A stretch of 64,000 nucleotides of DNA from an uncultured Nitrospiraceae bacterium (GTDB lineage: Bacteria; Nitrospirota; Nitrospiria; Nitrospirales; Nitrospiraceae). The notes under the pieces are model-generated. The model did no database searches. It worked only from the letters and a program-made list of their open reading frames with translations, and was not told where the DNA came from. The stretch is from positions 2,048,001 to 2,112,000 of the forward strand of contig CAWJWJ010000002.1 of NCBI GenBank assembly GCA_963846575.1, in the 5' to 3' direction. Each line of letters begins with the position of its first letter. Position 1 is the stretch's first letter. Positions 52,824 to 63,502 of the stretch are shown in pieces. Both the position numbers and the translations under genes were made by a program.

Positions 52824-53469
52824 CTCGGACCAGACACGAAGCATGGGAAGAAATAACAAATTAAGCCACTATCAGTGCTAACCGCTGTTTCGCGGCGCAA
52901 GCTTTTTTCTCGGGCACTACAGGTTATGGTGGCAATGCCATTTGCTCCAATTCTATCTATTCCTGGGTGTGGAGGCACCAGGCTATCCCGGGTTACGAGG
53001 GCCTGACACTTGATGCTACGCAAGGTCGGTCCTCGACATCTGAAGACTCCCATGGACCGGCTGACGACCTGAATTACACCTAACGATCAATTCCTCGTTC
53101 ACTCGCATAACCACATCCCTCAGATCGCATAATCTTTGGTATCTACGGGTTGAAGGCGCTGCCCTGAGCCCCTCACGTTCACTTTCTTGCCACGCATGTT
53201 CTGCCGACAAGCGCCATGAAATCGGAGGACATGGTAATGATCACCGTGCTCCCCTGAAATCTCTCATCACCTCAATTACGGATGTGGCTTATGATGTGTA
53301 AGGGGGATCGGACTTGTGGTGGTGCGACCTCGGACGGCACCGAAGGTTCGGCTGAACTAGGGAATGATATAGCTTCTCACGCATGGCGTGTGTAGCAATA
53401 TAAGTGGCATGCAAGAGACCCCGTCTGGGAATTGCTCCCCTCTTAGCCATTTAGAAAGCGAGGTTCATC

Positions 53470-54264
53470 ATGCGATACGAGGCACAACTGGCTTTTTTCA
53501 TCATAATAGCATTGGCCTTTCCGGCATGTGCGGCACAAGTTGAGCCAAAGGTCACACCAGCGGGTGACGCCAAAACCATGAAAAAGTCAGCTCTTGAAAT
53601 GGGCGCGCATGCTCTTCAAACACATGAGCCGATTGAACAGTTCGGTGTCTATCTAGTGGGATTTCACGCTTACAAACATGACCCGGCTCAGCAAATGACT
53701 GCTCATCATTTTTGCAGGCCGATCAATGAAGACCTGGCTCAATGTGTGCTGTTTGACAGCAATACAGCACAGGCGAACCTCAATGGCATTGAGTACATTA
53801 TTTCCGAGAAACTCTACGAGCAGTTGCCCCCAGCCGAACGGCCCTACTGGCATCCCCATAACCATGAGATTCTGTCAGGCACTTTGATCGCGCCGGGGCT
53901 TGCGGACGCGGCTGAACATGCCTTCCTTAAAATGTTTATGAACAGCTACGGGAAAACCTGGCATACCTGGAGGACCGGCATGTTCGGCCTGCCGCAAGAC
54001 TGGCTTCCACTGGGAGATCCTCATTTAGCCTGGTCGTTCAACCACGAAGGCGAGGCGAAGGCTGGGCTCATTGAAAAGAGGGATCAGGAGATGCAAATGA
54101 ACTCTGCCGAGAAGCATCGCCAACGGCAAGATTTTGTGAACCTGGCGCACCCACAGGAAGGTGTGAACGCCATCTCAACTCAGTTTCCTGGTCCGATTCG
54201 CTCGATCCCCGGCGTCATCGACAAGAGCTCCCAGCCGGGAAACGATCAAGGACATGGTAAATAA
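53470..54264 (+). CDS. Exported DUF1264/OBAP-family protein
   Basis: AHHFC...QCVLFD, GIEYIISE, WHPHNHEI, YGKTWHTW. Confidence 0.88.
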   Translation: MRYEAQLAFFIIIALAFPACAAQVEPKVTPAGDAKTMKKSALEMGAHALQTHEPIEQFGVYLVGFHAYKHDPAQQMTAHHFCRPINEDLAQCVLFDSNTAQANLNGIEYIISEKLYEQLPPAERPYWHPHNHEILSGTLIAPGLADAAEHAFLKMFMNSYGKTWHTWRTGMFGLPQDWLPLGDPHLAWSFNHEGEAKAGLIEKRDQEMQMNSAEKHRQRQDFVNLAHPQEGVNAISTQFPGPIRSIPGVIDKSSQPGNDQGHGK

Positions 54265-54343
54265 CGCATCGCGCCGAACCAGGCCAACGGCAACTTAATC
54301 GGTGATACGCCAAGCCGAGGGACATCAAAGAAGGACTCAAGCG

Positions 54344-55876
54344 ATGAGCCGGGCCGCCCTGCGGACTAGCCATAAAATTCTCGAAGGGTCTAAACGGCGT
54401 CCAAACTCCTTTGAGAGTCGTTCCCGAGAGGCACTGCCTCTTAATTCATTTTCTCTAGTGTTAGTACTCAGTCGAGGTAGCCAAGCGACGGGCGTGCTTT
54501 CTGCTGTATTTATCTTGACGATGACTCTCCAGGCCTTGGGTCAAGAGCTTCTTCAAAGAGAGACCGAGAAAGGTGGGAAGGCCCCGGAGTTTAAATACAA
54601 TCTCGGTTTGTACAAGCCAGACTATGGCATTTATGACGAGATCCTGGAGCGAACGGAACCTGGGCCCCAGTCATTGCGCGAAGCAGTCAATATGCCGACG
54701 TGGCTGATTGTGGGGGGTCAACATCGCACGCGCTATGAAACACTGGATGGACGGTGGCGAGCCGGTGAACTGGGGAGCGACCAGCAGATCGCTCAGCGCA
54801 CGCGGCTCTTTCTCGGCATCCAGGACATTCTTGATCCTCTTCGCCTGAACGTCGAATTACAAGATTCTCGAGCACAGTTGACGGATTCAGGCTCATTCAT
54901 GACGCAACATCATGTCAATAAGACCGATGTTCAGCAACTTCATCTGGACTTGTTTTCGACTAACTTTTTGGGGACGGAGCAACCCACCGTGCTCAGCGTC
55001 GGGCGCATAAACATGGACCTAGGTCGCCGTCGCTGGGTGGCCCGGAACGAATTCCGTAACACGACTCAAGCTTTTGATGGGGTACATTGGCACCTGGGAG
55101 ATGAAAAAAAATGGCACGTACGAGCCTTTCTGACGGAGCCCGTCCAAATTCTCCCTGAGCGAGTAGATAAGGTGGCTCCTGAGCAACCAACGACATTGTG
55201 GGGCCTATATCTCGAATCACGACAACTCTCTTGGCTCCACATGGCATTTCACTACTTCGGGCATCGCAGCGACGGTCCCCATCGCGACTTTGAAATGCTG
55301 GGAGCTATGTTTTTCAGGCCTGGAGGCGAAGGTAAGTTCGAATATGAGGTCGAGTCGTCGTATCAGTTTGGCGATATCGGTTCTCCCGGAGGATTTGAAC
55401 ACTTTCAACATGGGGAAATCGGATACACCTTCGCTGCGAAGTGGAAACCGCATGTCTTGCTAAGGTTCGATTATGCCAGCGGCGGACTGGACACCTTATA
55501 CGGCGCACGATCTTTTGAGTTAATGCCGACGGGAATCTTTCAGCCTTTCCAGCGTAGCAACATCCTATCGCCCGGATACCGGATCATGATCAGACCGAAA
55601 GAACAAATCACGCTGTTTACACAATATCGCGCGTGGTGGCTCGCCAACGACACAAAACCTTGGGTTGAGACTGGACTGCATGACCCGAGTGGGCAGTCCG
55701 GTAATTTTTTAGGACATACCGTCGAGGTGCGCGCACGCTGGGGCATTGTTGAGAATTTCTTTCTGCAAGGTGGCTATGTCCATTTCTCTTTCGGGGACTA
55801 TCCACGAAATGTACCAGGTGGGCCAAGTGGGAACCATTCCGACTACGCCTACATTTCGACAGAATTTATGTTCTAA
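54344..55876 (+). CDS. Alginate-export-family outer-membrane porin
   Basis: RTRYE, ELQDSR, NEFRNTTQAFDG, terminal Phe; start uncertain. Confidence 0.8.
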   Translation: MSRAALRTSHKILEGSKRRPNSFESRSREALPLNSFSLVLVLSRGSQATGVLSAVFILTMTLQALGQELLQRETEKGGKAPEFKYNLGLYKPDYGIYDEILERTEPGPQSLREAVNMPTWLIVGGQHRTRYETLDGRWRAGELGSDQQIAQRTRLFLGIQDILDPLRLNVELQDSRAQLTDSGSFMTQHHVNKTDVQQLHLDLFSTNFLGTEQPTVLSVGRINMDLGRRRWVARNEFRNTTQAFDGVHWHLGDEKKWHVRAFLTEPVQILPERVDKVAPEQPTTLWGLYLESRQLSWLHMAFHYFGHRSDGPHRDFEMLGAMFFRPGGEGKFEYEVESSYQFGDIGSPGGFEHFQHGEIGYTFAAKWKPHVLLRFDYASGGLDTLYGARSFELMPTGIFQPFQRSNILSPGYRIMIRPKEQITLFTQYRAWWLANDTKPWVETGLHDPSGQSGNFLGHTVEVRARWGIVENFFLQGGYVHFSFGDYPRNVPGGPSGNHSDYAYISTEFMF

Positions 55877-56504
55877 GAAGGCGGCGTATCGTTTGTTGGG
55901 CAGGCCGTTGCCGGCCATCTGTCCTCCAGCACCAGTATGAGTGAGGGGCTTCGTCAGGGTAGGCCACTGAAAAACGTTCAGTGAGCCAAAAGCAGCCTGT
56001 CGTCAAGAGCTTCCGAATAGACATCGTTGGTATTTGAGAACAGCTAATAATGTCGCCGGCAGATGGTCTGGTGTTAAGCACGATCGTAGGTAGGATGAGA
56101 CTATGTCACTGACGCTAGCCTGCTTTCACAAAACCTTCAAATGGAACTCCCCACGGACTTAGATCGGCAATGCAAAACGCCCTTGAATCCCGTTGGGGAT
56201 TCGAATTCCGCCCGGTGCCGAATGCATGCAGTTTTCCAAACCTGCAAAAGAAGCAACCTTGGAAGACGCCGATGAAGAGGAAGGCAATAATCTACCATTT
56301 GCTGAGGCTAAACTGACTGAGTAAAGGGGATGACCGCATTTTCGAGTGCTGGACCCGTACTGAATTTTTCATAGATTCACAAACCTCTCGAATCTATCAA
56401 TTCTCTCCGAAGCGTGTAAGCTTCTACTGGTTCGAATAGAATAACGCTGGGGAACACTTATGCTATGAAATATAGAGAAAAAGTCACCGCCAGAGCCGGT
56501 TGAG

Positions 56505-56786
56505 CTACGATGTTCGATCATACCCCGCGATTTTGACCAATTTATTGTACACACCGAAGAGCAGGAACGGGGCTACCCACTGGCCGACAAAGAGACCGTC
56601 TTCTCTTTTTCCCTGTGAGTGGAAAACAATTGAAACGCCGATCGCGGCAAACGAGGCCCATAGCCACAAGTCAGAAGGCAACTTCGCCGTCTGCTTCTCG
56701 ATAGCGTGGGCAACTTTGCCTTCGCCGTGTTCCTGAGCTTCCTGATCATCGCTGTTTTGTTTTGCATTTGCGATTCTCTCTGCCAT
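56505..56786 (-). CDS. Small conserved-looking membrane protein
   Basis: EG.VA.AIE.QTAKLPSD, FVGQW.APFLL.GVYNKLVK; GGGGG RBS-like run. Confidence 0.7.
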   Translation of the reverse strand: MAERIANAKQNSDDQEAQEHGEGKVAHAIEKQTAKLPSDLWLWASFAAIGVSIVFHSQGKREDGLFVGQWVAPFLLFGVYNKLVKIAGYDRTS

Positions 56787-57367
56787 CTTCCAACCCCCCT
56801 TACTACAATAAGGTTTATCTCACGTGCATGACCATCGTTACAGTCATTACTTAAAGAGATAACTGGCAAACTCCCTAGTCCTTTAAACATGATCAGCCGC
56901 TCTTGCGATAAGTCAGCGCGGGCGGCTATGTCTATAATGAGGGAGTGGTTAATCGCCTTTATGTGGCCCATCATGGTTTCAATGAAGCACAAAATTCGAC
57001 CTCTCGAAGTTAGAGCAGCAATGGACTCCATATGACGCTCTGCATCTTGCATGGTCGCAACCGATTCAGTTGCGATGCGATGGCCGAGTCGCAGGCCCTC
57101 ATCGAAGCCTGACGCGTGGGCTACAATCAGCGTCGACCTCATAGCTCACTCGGGCACCTGACCTCGAACGAGTTCGTCGCATAACGTCAGGGCCAACAGA
57201 TCGTGAAGACGTCATCTGCTCCGGTTAGGGCGCGTCTCAGAACGGGGCCAACGTCACTGCCGAAAGGTCTCCTCGAGTTCTGTCTCGGAATGAGGGGGCG
57301 TACAGTTCGAGCAGGCGCTGAAGACTAGCTCTCTAGAGGTTTTCCAGGTATAAGGGCAGGGCTGAGA

Positions 57368-57734
57368 TGGCTCAGGGTCTTTGCCTGACGATCTTGCGCA
57401 CTGCGCGTTCTGTGACGCGTGGTGTTGAAACAGGCCGGCCATTGGTGCGGGAAGCGCGCAAACGGTCAGAAGGTATCCAGGTCCTCCGCGACACACCGGC
57501 AGCTGTCGTGAGTACAACATCCATATGCCGAACGGCAACGGATTCGAGGTCATGACTACATTTCTTCGCCAACTGCCCGTGCCGCAGCATGTTGCCATCT
57601 CGAGGCAATCGGGGACCGGTGGCCTGCTCAGTGCTGCGAAGCTGTTGAGCGCCACTCTCATTGTACCGAAACCTGTCAGCCTGAATGATCGCATTGGGTC
57701 GTGGAGACGGACTCGAGATGTTGTCATTTGCTAA
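57368..57734 (+). pseudogene. Degenerate single-domain response regulator
   Basis: VREA...EGIQ, IHMPNGNGFE, AIS, PKP spread over shifted frames. Confidence 0.55.
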
Positions 57735-59748
57735 CTTCACGCTACCAGACCTTACCGAAGCCCTGAGCAGGTTACGTCAGATGGGCCTTGGCGCACGCAG
57801 CATGGAAGAGACAGCGGATCGCATGGTCCGCTATGTGTATGAGAGCTTTGGGAACACGGAGACCGGCACGCGCTCCTGCCCTCTCGTCCGACTGTTCGTC
57901 ACGCGGCCCTATGGCACGCTGGAGGCAGGGCTTCAGTCGGCTGCCCGCAAGATGCTGGGTGAACGACCTGAGTCGCCGTCGCATAAATGCCTTGTGTTGC
58001 TCGGGACGGCGGGGGATGAGGCAGACTGGAATGATCGACACCGCTCCCATGGTCATCGGATATTTCCGCTGGTCAGTGAGCAGATCGTGTCGGATCTGCC
58101 CATGATTTCGCAGCTCATTACCCAGATGGGGATCGATGTGCGGTGTATGCTGGATCCCACGCCCTCTACGCTGCTGATAGCGGAGCAGAAAACCTATAAT
58201 GTCTTTCATGTCCCTGTGGCCCTTGAAAGTCCCTTCATCCCGGCGCAACAGAGCTTTGTCATCCGGTATCAAATCAAATCCGTGCTCGGCTTTGGCGGAC
58301 TCCTGCCTTCCGGGGAACTCTTCACGCTGATTCTCTTTAGCCGCACTTTGATATCGCAGGAGACGGCCGTATTGTTTAAGCCCTGCGCCCTCGCTGCCAA
58401 GGCAGCGCTCATGCACTTTGATAGCGACGATCGTGTCTTTGCCCGATCAGCGCAGCCGCCCGTGGCCACCTTAGGACCCTCGGCGCTCAGGCCCGACCAT
58501 GGGCGATCGGAATCGTTGGTTCTCGAGCAATTAATGGATCTCTATGAGCGCACGGTCCACGAGCAGGCGTCGCAGTTGAACCGGGCGTTAGAGGGGGCCC
58601 AGGCCCTGGCAACTGAATTGAATCGGACTGAACAACGGGAACGAAAAAGGCTCGCAATGGAGTTGCACGATCATCTCCAGCAGCTGTTGGTGCTGGGAAG
58701 ATTGAAACTCAGTCAAGGAAAGCGTGCGCTTGAAAGCACTTCTGCTGGGCCTAGGATTGTGGAAGAACTCGATGAGGTGCTCACGCAGGCTTTGACGTAC
58801 ACTCGCACCTTGGTTGCCGAACTGAGTCCACCGGTGCTTCTGGAACATGGCCTGCTCGCAGGGCTCACCTGGCTGGGCGAACAGATGCGCCAGCATCATA
58901 TCGCGGTCACCGTCGAGTGCACGCTTGAAGAGCTGCGTCTGCCTGAGGAACACGCGGTGCTCCTTTTTCAATCGGTGCGAGAGTTACTGCTTAATGCGGC
59001 CAAACACGCCGGTTCCAGTCACGCGACGGTGAGCGTTAACCACCGGAACGGTATGCTGCATATCGCAGTAGCGGATCAGGGGAAAGGCTTCGATCCGTCA
59101 CACGTGGCCAATTCGCCCTCGTCGGCCCATCTCTCCTCCAAATTCGGCCTTTTTTCAATCCGTGAGCGCATGCGGGCGTTAGGAGGTCGGTTCGAAATCG
59201 TCTCGGCAGTCGGCAAGGGAACGACCGGAGTTCTTGAACTGCCCGTTGCAGTACAGGCTCTGCCCCCCACGCCAGACTCTGTACTAGCTACAGGGGAACC
59301 TAACAACACTTCCCTAGCCAAAGGCGGTCTTCGATCACAGCCTCAGCTGTTCGGTCATGTGCGGGAGACTCTGGTGCGTGTGCTCTTGGTGGACGACCAC
59401 GCCATGATGCGGCAAGGGCTGAGATCAGTCTTAGAAGCCTATAGTGACGTCCATATCGTGGGAGAGGCCCAGAACGGGGAAGAAGCCGTGACCCTGGTGC
59501 ATAAACTAACTCCATCCGTTGTCATTATGGACATCAATATGCCCAAGCTCAATGGGATCGAGGCGACGGCACAGATCAAGTCTCAATTCCCGCACATTGC
59601 GGTGATTGGGTTATCCGTCAATGCAGAGGGCCCGAACCAAACGGCAATGCTGCAGGCTGGCGCCACCCGGCTGATAACTAAAGAGGCCGCTGTGGAGGAG
59701 CTGTATCGCGCCATTCAAGCTTCCATCGCAGCAACAGAATCTCAGTGA
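57718..59748 (+). CDS. Hybrid histidine kinase (GAF-like, HisKA_3, HATPase, REC)
   Basis: RLAMELHDHLQQ, RELLLNAAKHA, DQGKGF, FGLFSIRER, VDDH...MDINMP. Confidence 0.9.
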   Translation: MLSFANFTLPDLTEALSRLRQMGLGARSMEETADRMVRYVYESFGNTETGTRSCPLVRLFVTRPYGTLEAGLQSAARKMLGERPESPSHKCLVLLGTAGDEADWNDRHRSHGHRIFPLVSEQIVSDLPMISQLITQMGIDVRCMLDPTPSTLLIAEQKTYNVFHVPVALESPFIPAQQSFVIRYQIKSVLGFGGLLPSGELFTLILFSRTLISQETAVLFKPCALAAKAALMHFDSDDRVFARSAQPPVATLGPSALRPDHGRSESLVLEQLMDLYERTVHEQASQLNRALEGAQALATELNRTEQRERKRLAMELHDHLQQLLVLGRLKLSQGKRALESTSAGPRIVEELDEVLTQALTYTRTLVAELSPPVLLEHGLLAGLTWLGEQMRQHHIAVTVECTLEELRLPEEHAVLLFQSVRELLLNAAKHAGSSHATVSVNHRNGMLHIAVADQGKGFDPSHVANSPSSAHLSSKFGLFSIRERMRALGGRFEIVSAVGKGTTGVLELPVAVQALPPTPDSVLATGEPNNTSLAKGGLRSQPQLFGHVRETLVRVLLVDDHAMMRQGLRSVLEAYSDVHIVGEAQNGEEAVTLVHKLTPSVVIMDINMPKLNGIEATAQIKSQFPHIAVIGLSVNAEGPNQTAMLQAGATRLITKEAAVEELYRAIQASIAATESQ

Positions 59749-60617
59749 GGAATACCAGTCAGCAGGTACGTTCTTGCCACGCCACCTCGAACCTCGGCAA
59801 ACGAGGATTTGCGCGTGTAGGTGATTGTGCATTGAATATTGGCCCGGCATTGTTTTGTTTAGTTAACACGTTGAGCTTGGTGTTGATAGTTTTGTGGTAC
59901 CGGGAAGGATGTTTACCCTCGAAGGGCCTCGACCTTTCTATTTGGGATCACTCGATTCCTCCAAATCACGTTCAGTGACAAAACAAGATGGTAAATGCAG
60001 GTTGGCGAGCGCGCCCACCTCGGCGCGCGGCGATGCGAAAGCATTGATGATGGTCGCTGCATTCCACGCACGCGTTTTGAGGGAGATATGGTGACACTGG
60101 TTGTCCGGTGAAGACCAGCCGACATGCAAGTCACTATCTCCGTAAGCACCGTGATCGTCGATCAGCTTTGACCGACAGCGGGCTGATCGTCATGTAGAAG
60201 AGCGGGTCGATCATGACACTCTCGGGATTGGTTTAGGTGTCTATACCGCCGCCTGGCTAGGGCTCCCTGAGCGTAATGTCTGCTAACGCGCGTGGGGATT
60301 TTCTATCCCCCTCCGTATCGGTGTGGAGAAGATGATTGCCGGTGGTTGCAACGTAGATTTGAGTCTGTCGAGTAGGATCGTAGCCGCCGAGCACAAGGTT
60401 GATTGTGATCGGTTGTGTAGCGGCGACGCCGGTGCCACGAGGACGAGCGTCGTGAGACTTTTGGTACGAACCTGGATAGCTCTTCCGACAGAGTTGTCTC
60501 GAAGGAGGCCAATGTCAGTCCGATGATCACTCACAACCGGACGCGATGGAAGTGAGAGCGGGATGTAATTCCTTAGCAGTAAAGGGAGTCTGCTTCACGC
60601 TCGCGTCGGCAATTTGA

Positions 60618-60923
60618 TCAGGTCGAGACGAGGGTGGTTCGGTTTTGCACGATGTGCCTCGTGACCCTATCCGGAAAAGTTCGCTCGGCCAGCCGCAACT
60701 CATAGGCTTTCTGCAAGTTCATCCAAAATTCAGCCGTGGTATTGAAAACCCAGCCCAGACGCAGGGCCGTATTGCCCGTAGTGCCCCGTTGCCGCTTAAT
60801 AATTGCCGTAATCGGGTTTGCCGGCACCTCTAATGACTTAGCGAGTGTATTGGCGTTGATAGGAAGATTAGCCGCCTTCATGAACTCTTCCCCCAAAATT
60901 TCTCCGGAATGCACCGGCCGCAT
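60618..60923 (-). CDS. higA: HigA-family antitoxin (orphan)
   Basis: MRPVH.GEIL.EEF, TALRL...F.TTAEFWMNLQ..YEL. Confidence 0.85.
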   Translation of the reverse strand: MRPVHSGEILGEEFMKAANLPINANTLAKSLEVPANPITAIIKRQRGTTGNTALRLGWVFNTTAEFWMNLQKAYELRLAERTFPDRVTRHIVQNRTTLVST

Positions 60924-61075
60924 GCCATTCTCCCTTCACCGATGGAAACCGACTTGAAGTTAGGTGCCACCAGTGGCACCTGCACCTGTAACCCTATGTA
61001 GTTTAAAGGCACACAATGTCATGATTTGCAACGCCGTTTCCCGCTATCATATTGATTTTCCACTGCTTTAGGCTC

Positions 61076-61128
61076 CCCTGAAAAGGCTGGTGTCGACAGT
61101 TCGATTCTGTCCCTCGGCACCACAAATC
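61076..61128 (+). repeat. attR: copy of the tRNA-Phe 3' half
   Basis: 53 bp identical to 35791-35843. Confidence 0.93.
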
Positions 61129-61410
61129 AACCGCCTACGTGAAGCGCCATTTTCCCACTGCCCATAGCTGTCCACGCTGGCCGATTCTTGGCTTTCAGCT
61201 TGCAGAACCTTCTCAAGTAGGAATGCTTCCAACCGTATCGCCGCATCGCGCAGGCGAGCCTGCCAGTTGTGAAGGTCGCCCTCCCCCATTCCATGCAAAC
61301 GATGGCCAAGTAGTTTCTCGATGACGGCGAAATCCGCACCGGCTTCAAGTAGCCAAGAGGCCGCGCTATGACGAAGGTCATGGAAGGTCAGGTCATGAGC
61401 GCCCGCAGGC
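61129..61410 (-). pseudogene. C-terminal remnant of a related tyrosine integrase
   Basis: FHDLRHSAASWL...LLGH...HNWQARLRDA, homologous to 35773-37005. Confidence 0.8.
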
Positions 61411-63130
61411 CGACAGAGTGACATCTCCCTCGAACACGATGGCAGTGAGAACCTGGAATATGCTGCCGGCTTTGGCGATCCTTCGTGGCGGTATCGTGAG
61501 AGATGTTCGCCCGTCTTCTCACAGCGCTGTCCCTCGCAACCCTGGCAGTGGTTTTCAAGCGCCTTGTGATACGTAAACCTCCATCGTACCCGTACCGCAA
61601 AGCTGAATCTGAATGGCCTAGCCGAAGCTATCGCGAGCGTTCCTAGAGTCTCGAGCGGTACGCCGACAAGCCTGCTCTGACGTGTCTATGGTGCTGACCT
61701 GAAGTTTCGAAAATGTTTGACGGGCCTGCGGTTGGGTCCAGGATTCGGTTCCGGCCGTAATCCACGCTTCGTCTTCCGTGCCTGATATTCTAACTCTCAT
61801 ACACTTATGGACAGCTTTTTGGTTTAGCCGCGCATGGTTCATTTAGGACCGGCTCGCCATCAACTTGATTTCAGTAGCGCTCCATCCGACAGTCGCATGA
61901 TATGTCCAACGAAACAGTGACCGTCTACAGGCAGTATTTGAGGTCGTTTTCAAACACGGTTATCCGGTCAGGCGCGTCTCCGAAGCGAGCATGATCCTCG
62001 CCGCATTGGAGCAGAGGCTCCTGGCCCGAGTCATCGGATCGGGCGTGATCAGTAGCCGGACGAGGACGCCGTAGGTGAAGGTGGCGGTTTCGACGAGTGA
62101 CTTCTTCGAAAAATAAAAAATGGGAGACCAATTGGGAGAGCGACGAGAAAGGAGTAAAAACAGCCGAACGTGAATCCGACCAACGCAAACTTGTCAAAAT
62201 GACCTTCCTTTAATTAAACAAAGGCCTGAAACATAAGGTTGGAAGCTACAGCCGCTCCAAGGCTTGCTCGAATATAGGCCGTGCACCACCAATGAAAGGC
62301 AAGAGCTGTCGCTACAGTAATGCCGAGTTGTATGGCTAGTCCCGCCCACGCCCCAGTTGTACTTGGGTCTTGCAGAACATTATGGTGAACCTGGACAACC
62401 TTTACATGTGGTGTGTGCGTTTCAGAATGCGTCCGTGATTCCACATTCTTGAGAGGTGTCATCCTTAAAGTAGTTACTAATCCTAACTTCAGGATTGTCT
62501 TGCAGAGCAGGCAGTAAGGGATGATTCGCGCGAGACGGCCTACCTCGCGCCTCAAGGGGGCTATTAAAACTGGGGCGGTTCCTAGTCGTGACAATTCATC
62601 TTTTTTGATATCCTGAGCTCATGTTTAATCGGTTATTCAAAGCGATCTTTCAGACTGAGGCTTGTTCAGTGTGTCGACGTTACGAGGCAACGCGAGGGTT
62701 ATTGTGCGTATACTGCCATCTTGACAACAGGCTCACCCCGATCTGGCACACGGACTCATCTCGCTCCCGTGCTAATCTCTCTGTGAGAACGCGGTAGACC
62801 TACTCGACTCCCTCAACAGAACTGGGCAGCTCTGAGCCTCCTTGGAGGCTGGTCGTTACGGCAGGGCTAATCAAGGGCTTTTACCAGTATTGCATTCGAG
62901 ATTTCCATGGTACACAGTACTTGTGGTCTTCACGTAGATGGCTGGTCTTACATACAGCGAGACGTGCCTATCGCATCTGGTTGTAACGAGGTCGAGTAAC
63001 TACCGAGCGCCACTTTCGCCAGTCCGTGTCCACAACATGGAAGAGGCTGTACCCGGGCAGAGGCAAGAATACAATCAAACACCGATACACGGATGTGCTC
63101 GTCATTCGTGTATGAACAAGGAGAAGGGTC

Positions 63131-63502
63131 ATGGTCAACTCAACTGTTTCCTGTATGGTGGTTGCGACTGCCATCCTCATCGTTGGAACGCTACCCGCCA
63201 GTGCGGAACAACCGCGTGGAGGAATGCCATCCGCCATGAGCGAAGGCAAAGAAGCGCCGGCCGGTCCATCCCACTCAGGTTCGGAAGGCAAGCAGGGTTC
63301 CAGCGCCCGGATGGATCAGACCCACTCCGGCGGAATGGGAGAACAAAAGTCCGGCGGTAGCGATACTGACACCCACGGCATGAGTTCCAACCCGACACAA
63401 AAAAGAAGCGGCGGAACCCAGGGCCTCCAGGAACAATTGTACGAGGATCGCATGAAGGGTTTTCAGGAGAGTTCCCCGTCTCAAGGGAATAGGAAACCAT
63501 AG
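63131..63502 (+). CDS. Secreted low-complexity (G/S/M-rich) hypothetical protein
   Basis: AAGGAG RBS, signal peptide ASA-E, disordered composition. Confidence 0.6.
   Translation: MVNSTVSCMVVATAILIVGTLPASAEQPRGGMPSAMSEGKEAPAGPSHSGSEGKQGSSARMDQTHSGGMGEQKSGGSDTDTHGMSSNPTQKRSGGTQGLQEQLYEDRMKGFQESSPSQGNRKP

Larger units (their letters stand above)
35791..61128. mobile_element. ~25.3 kb integrative element: inovirus-like prophage module plus cargo
   Basis: 53-bp att repeats, adjacent integrase and Xis, Rep_trans/SSB/Zot/coat genes. Confidence 0.9.

Noticed and set aside
56573..57142. 189-aa minus-strand ORF
   Set aside because: Overlaps the better-supported 56505-56786 gene; the 5' part may be a remnant but is unassignable.
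61076..61122. Possible extra tRNA-Phe gene
   Set aside because: Only the 3' half is present; it is attR.
61430..63100. Short ORFs right of the integrase remnant
   Set aside because: No recognisable motifs or RBSs; probably decayed island DNA.
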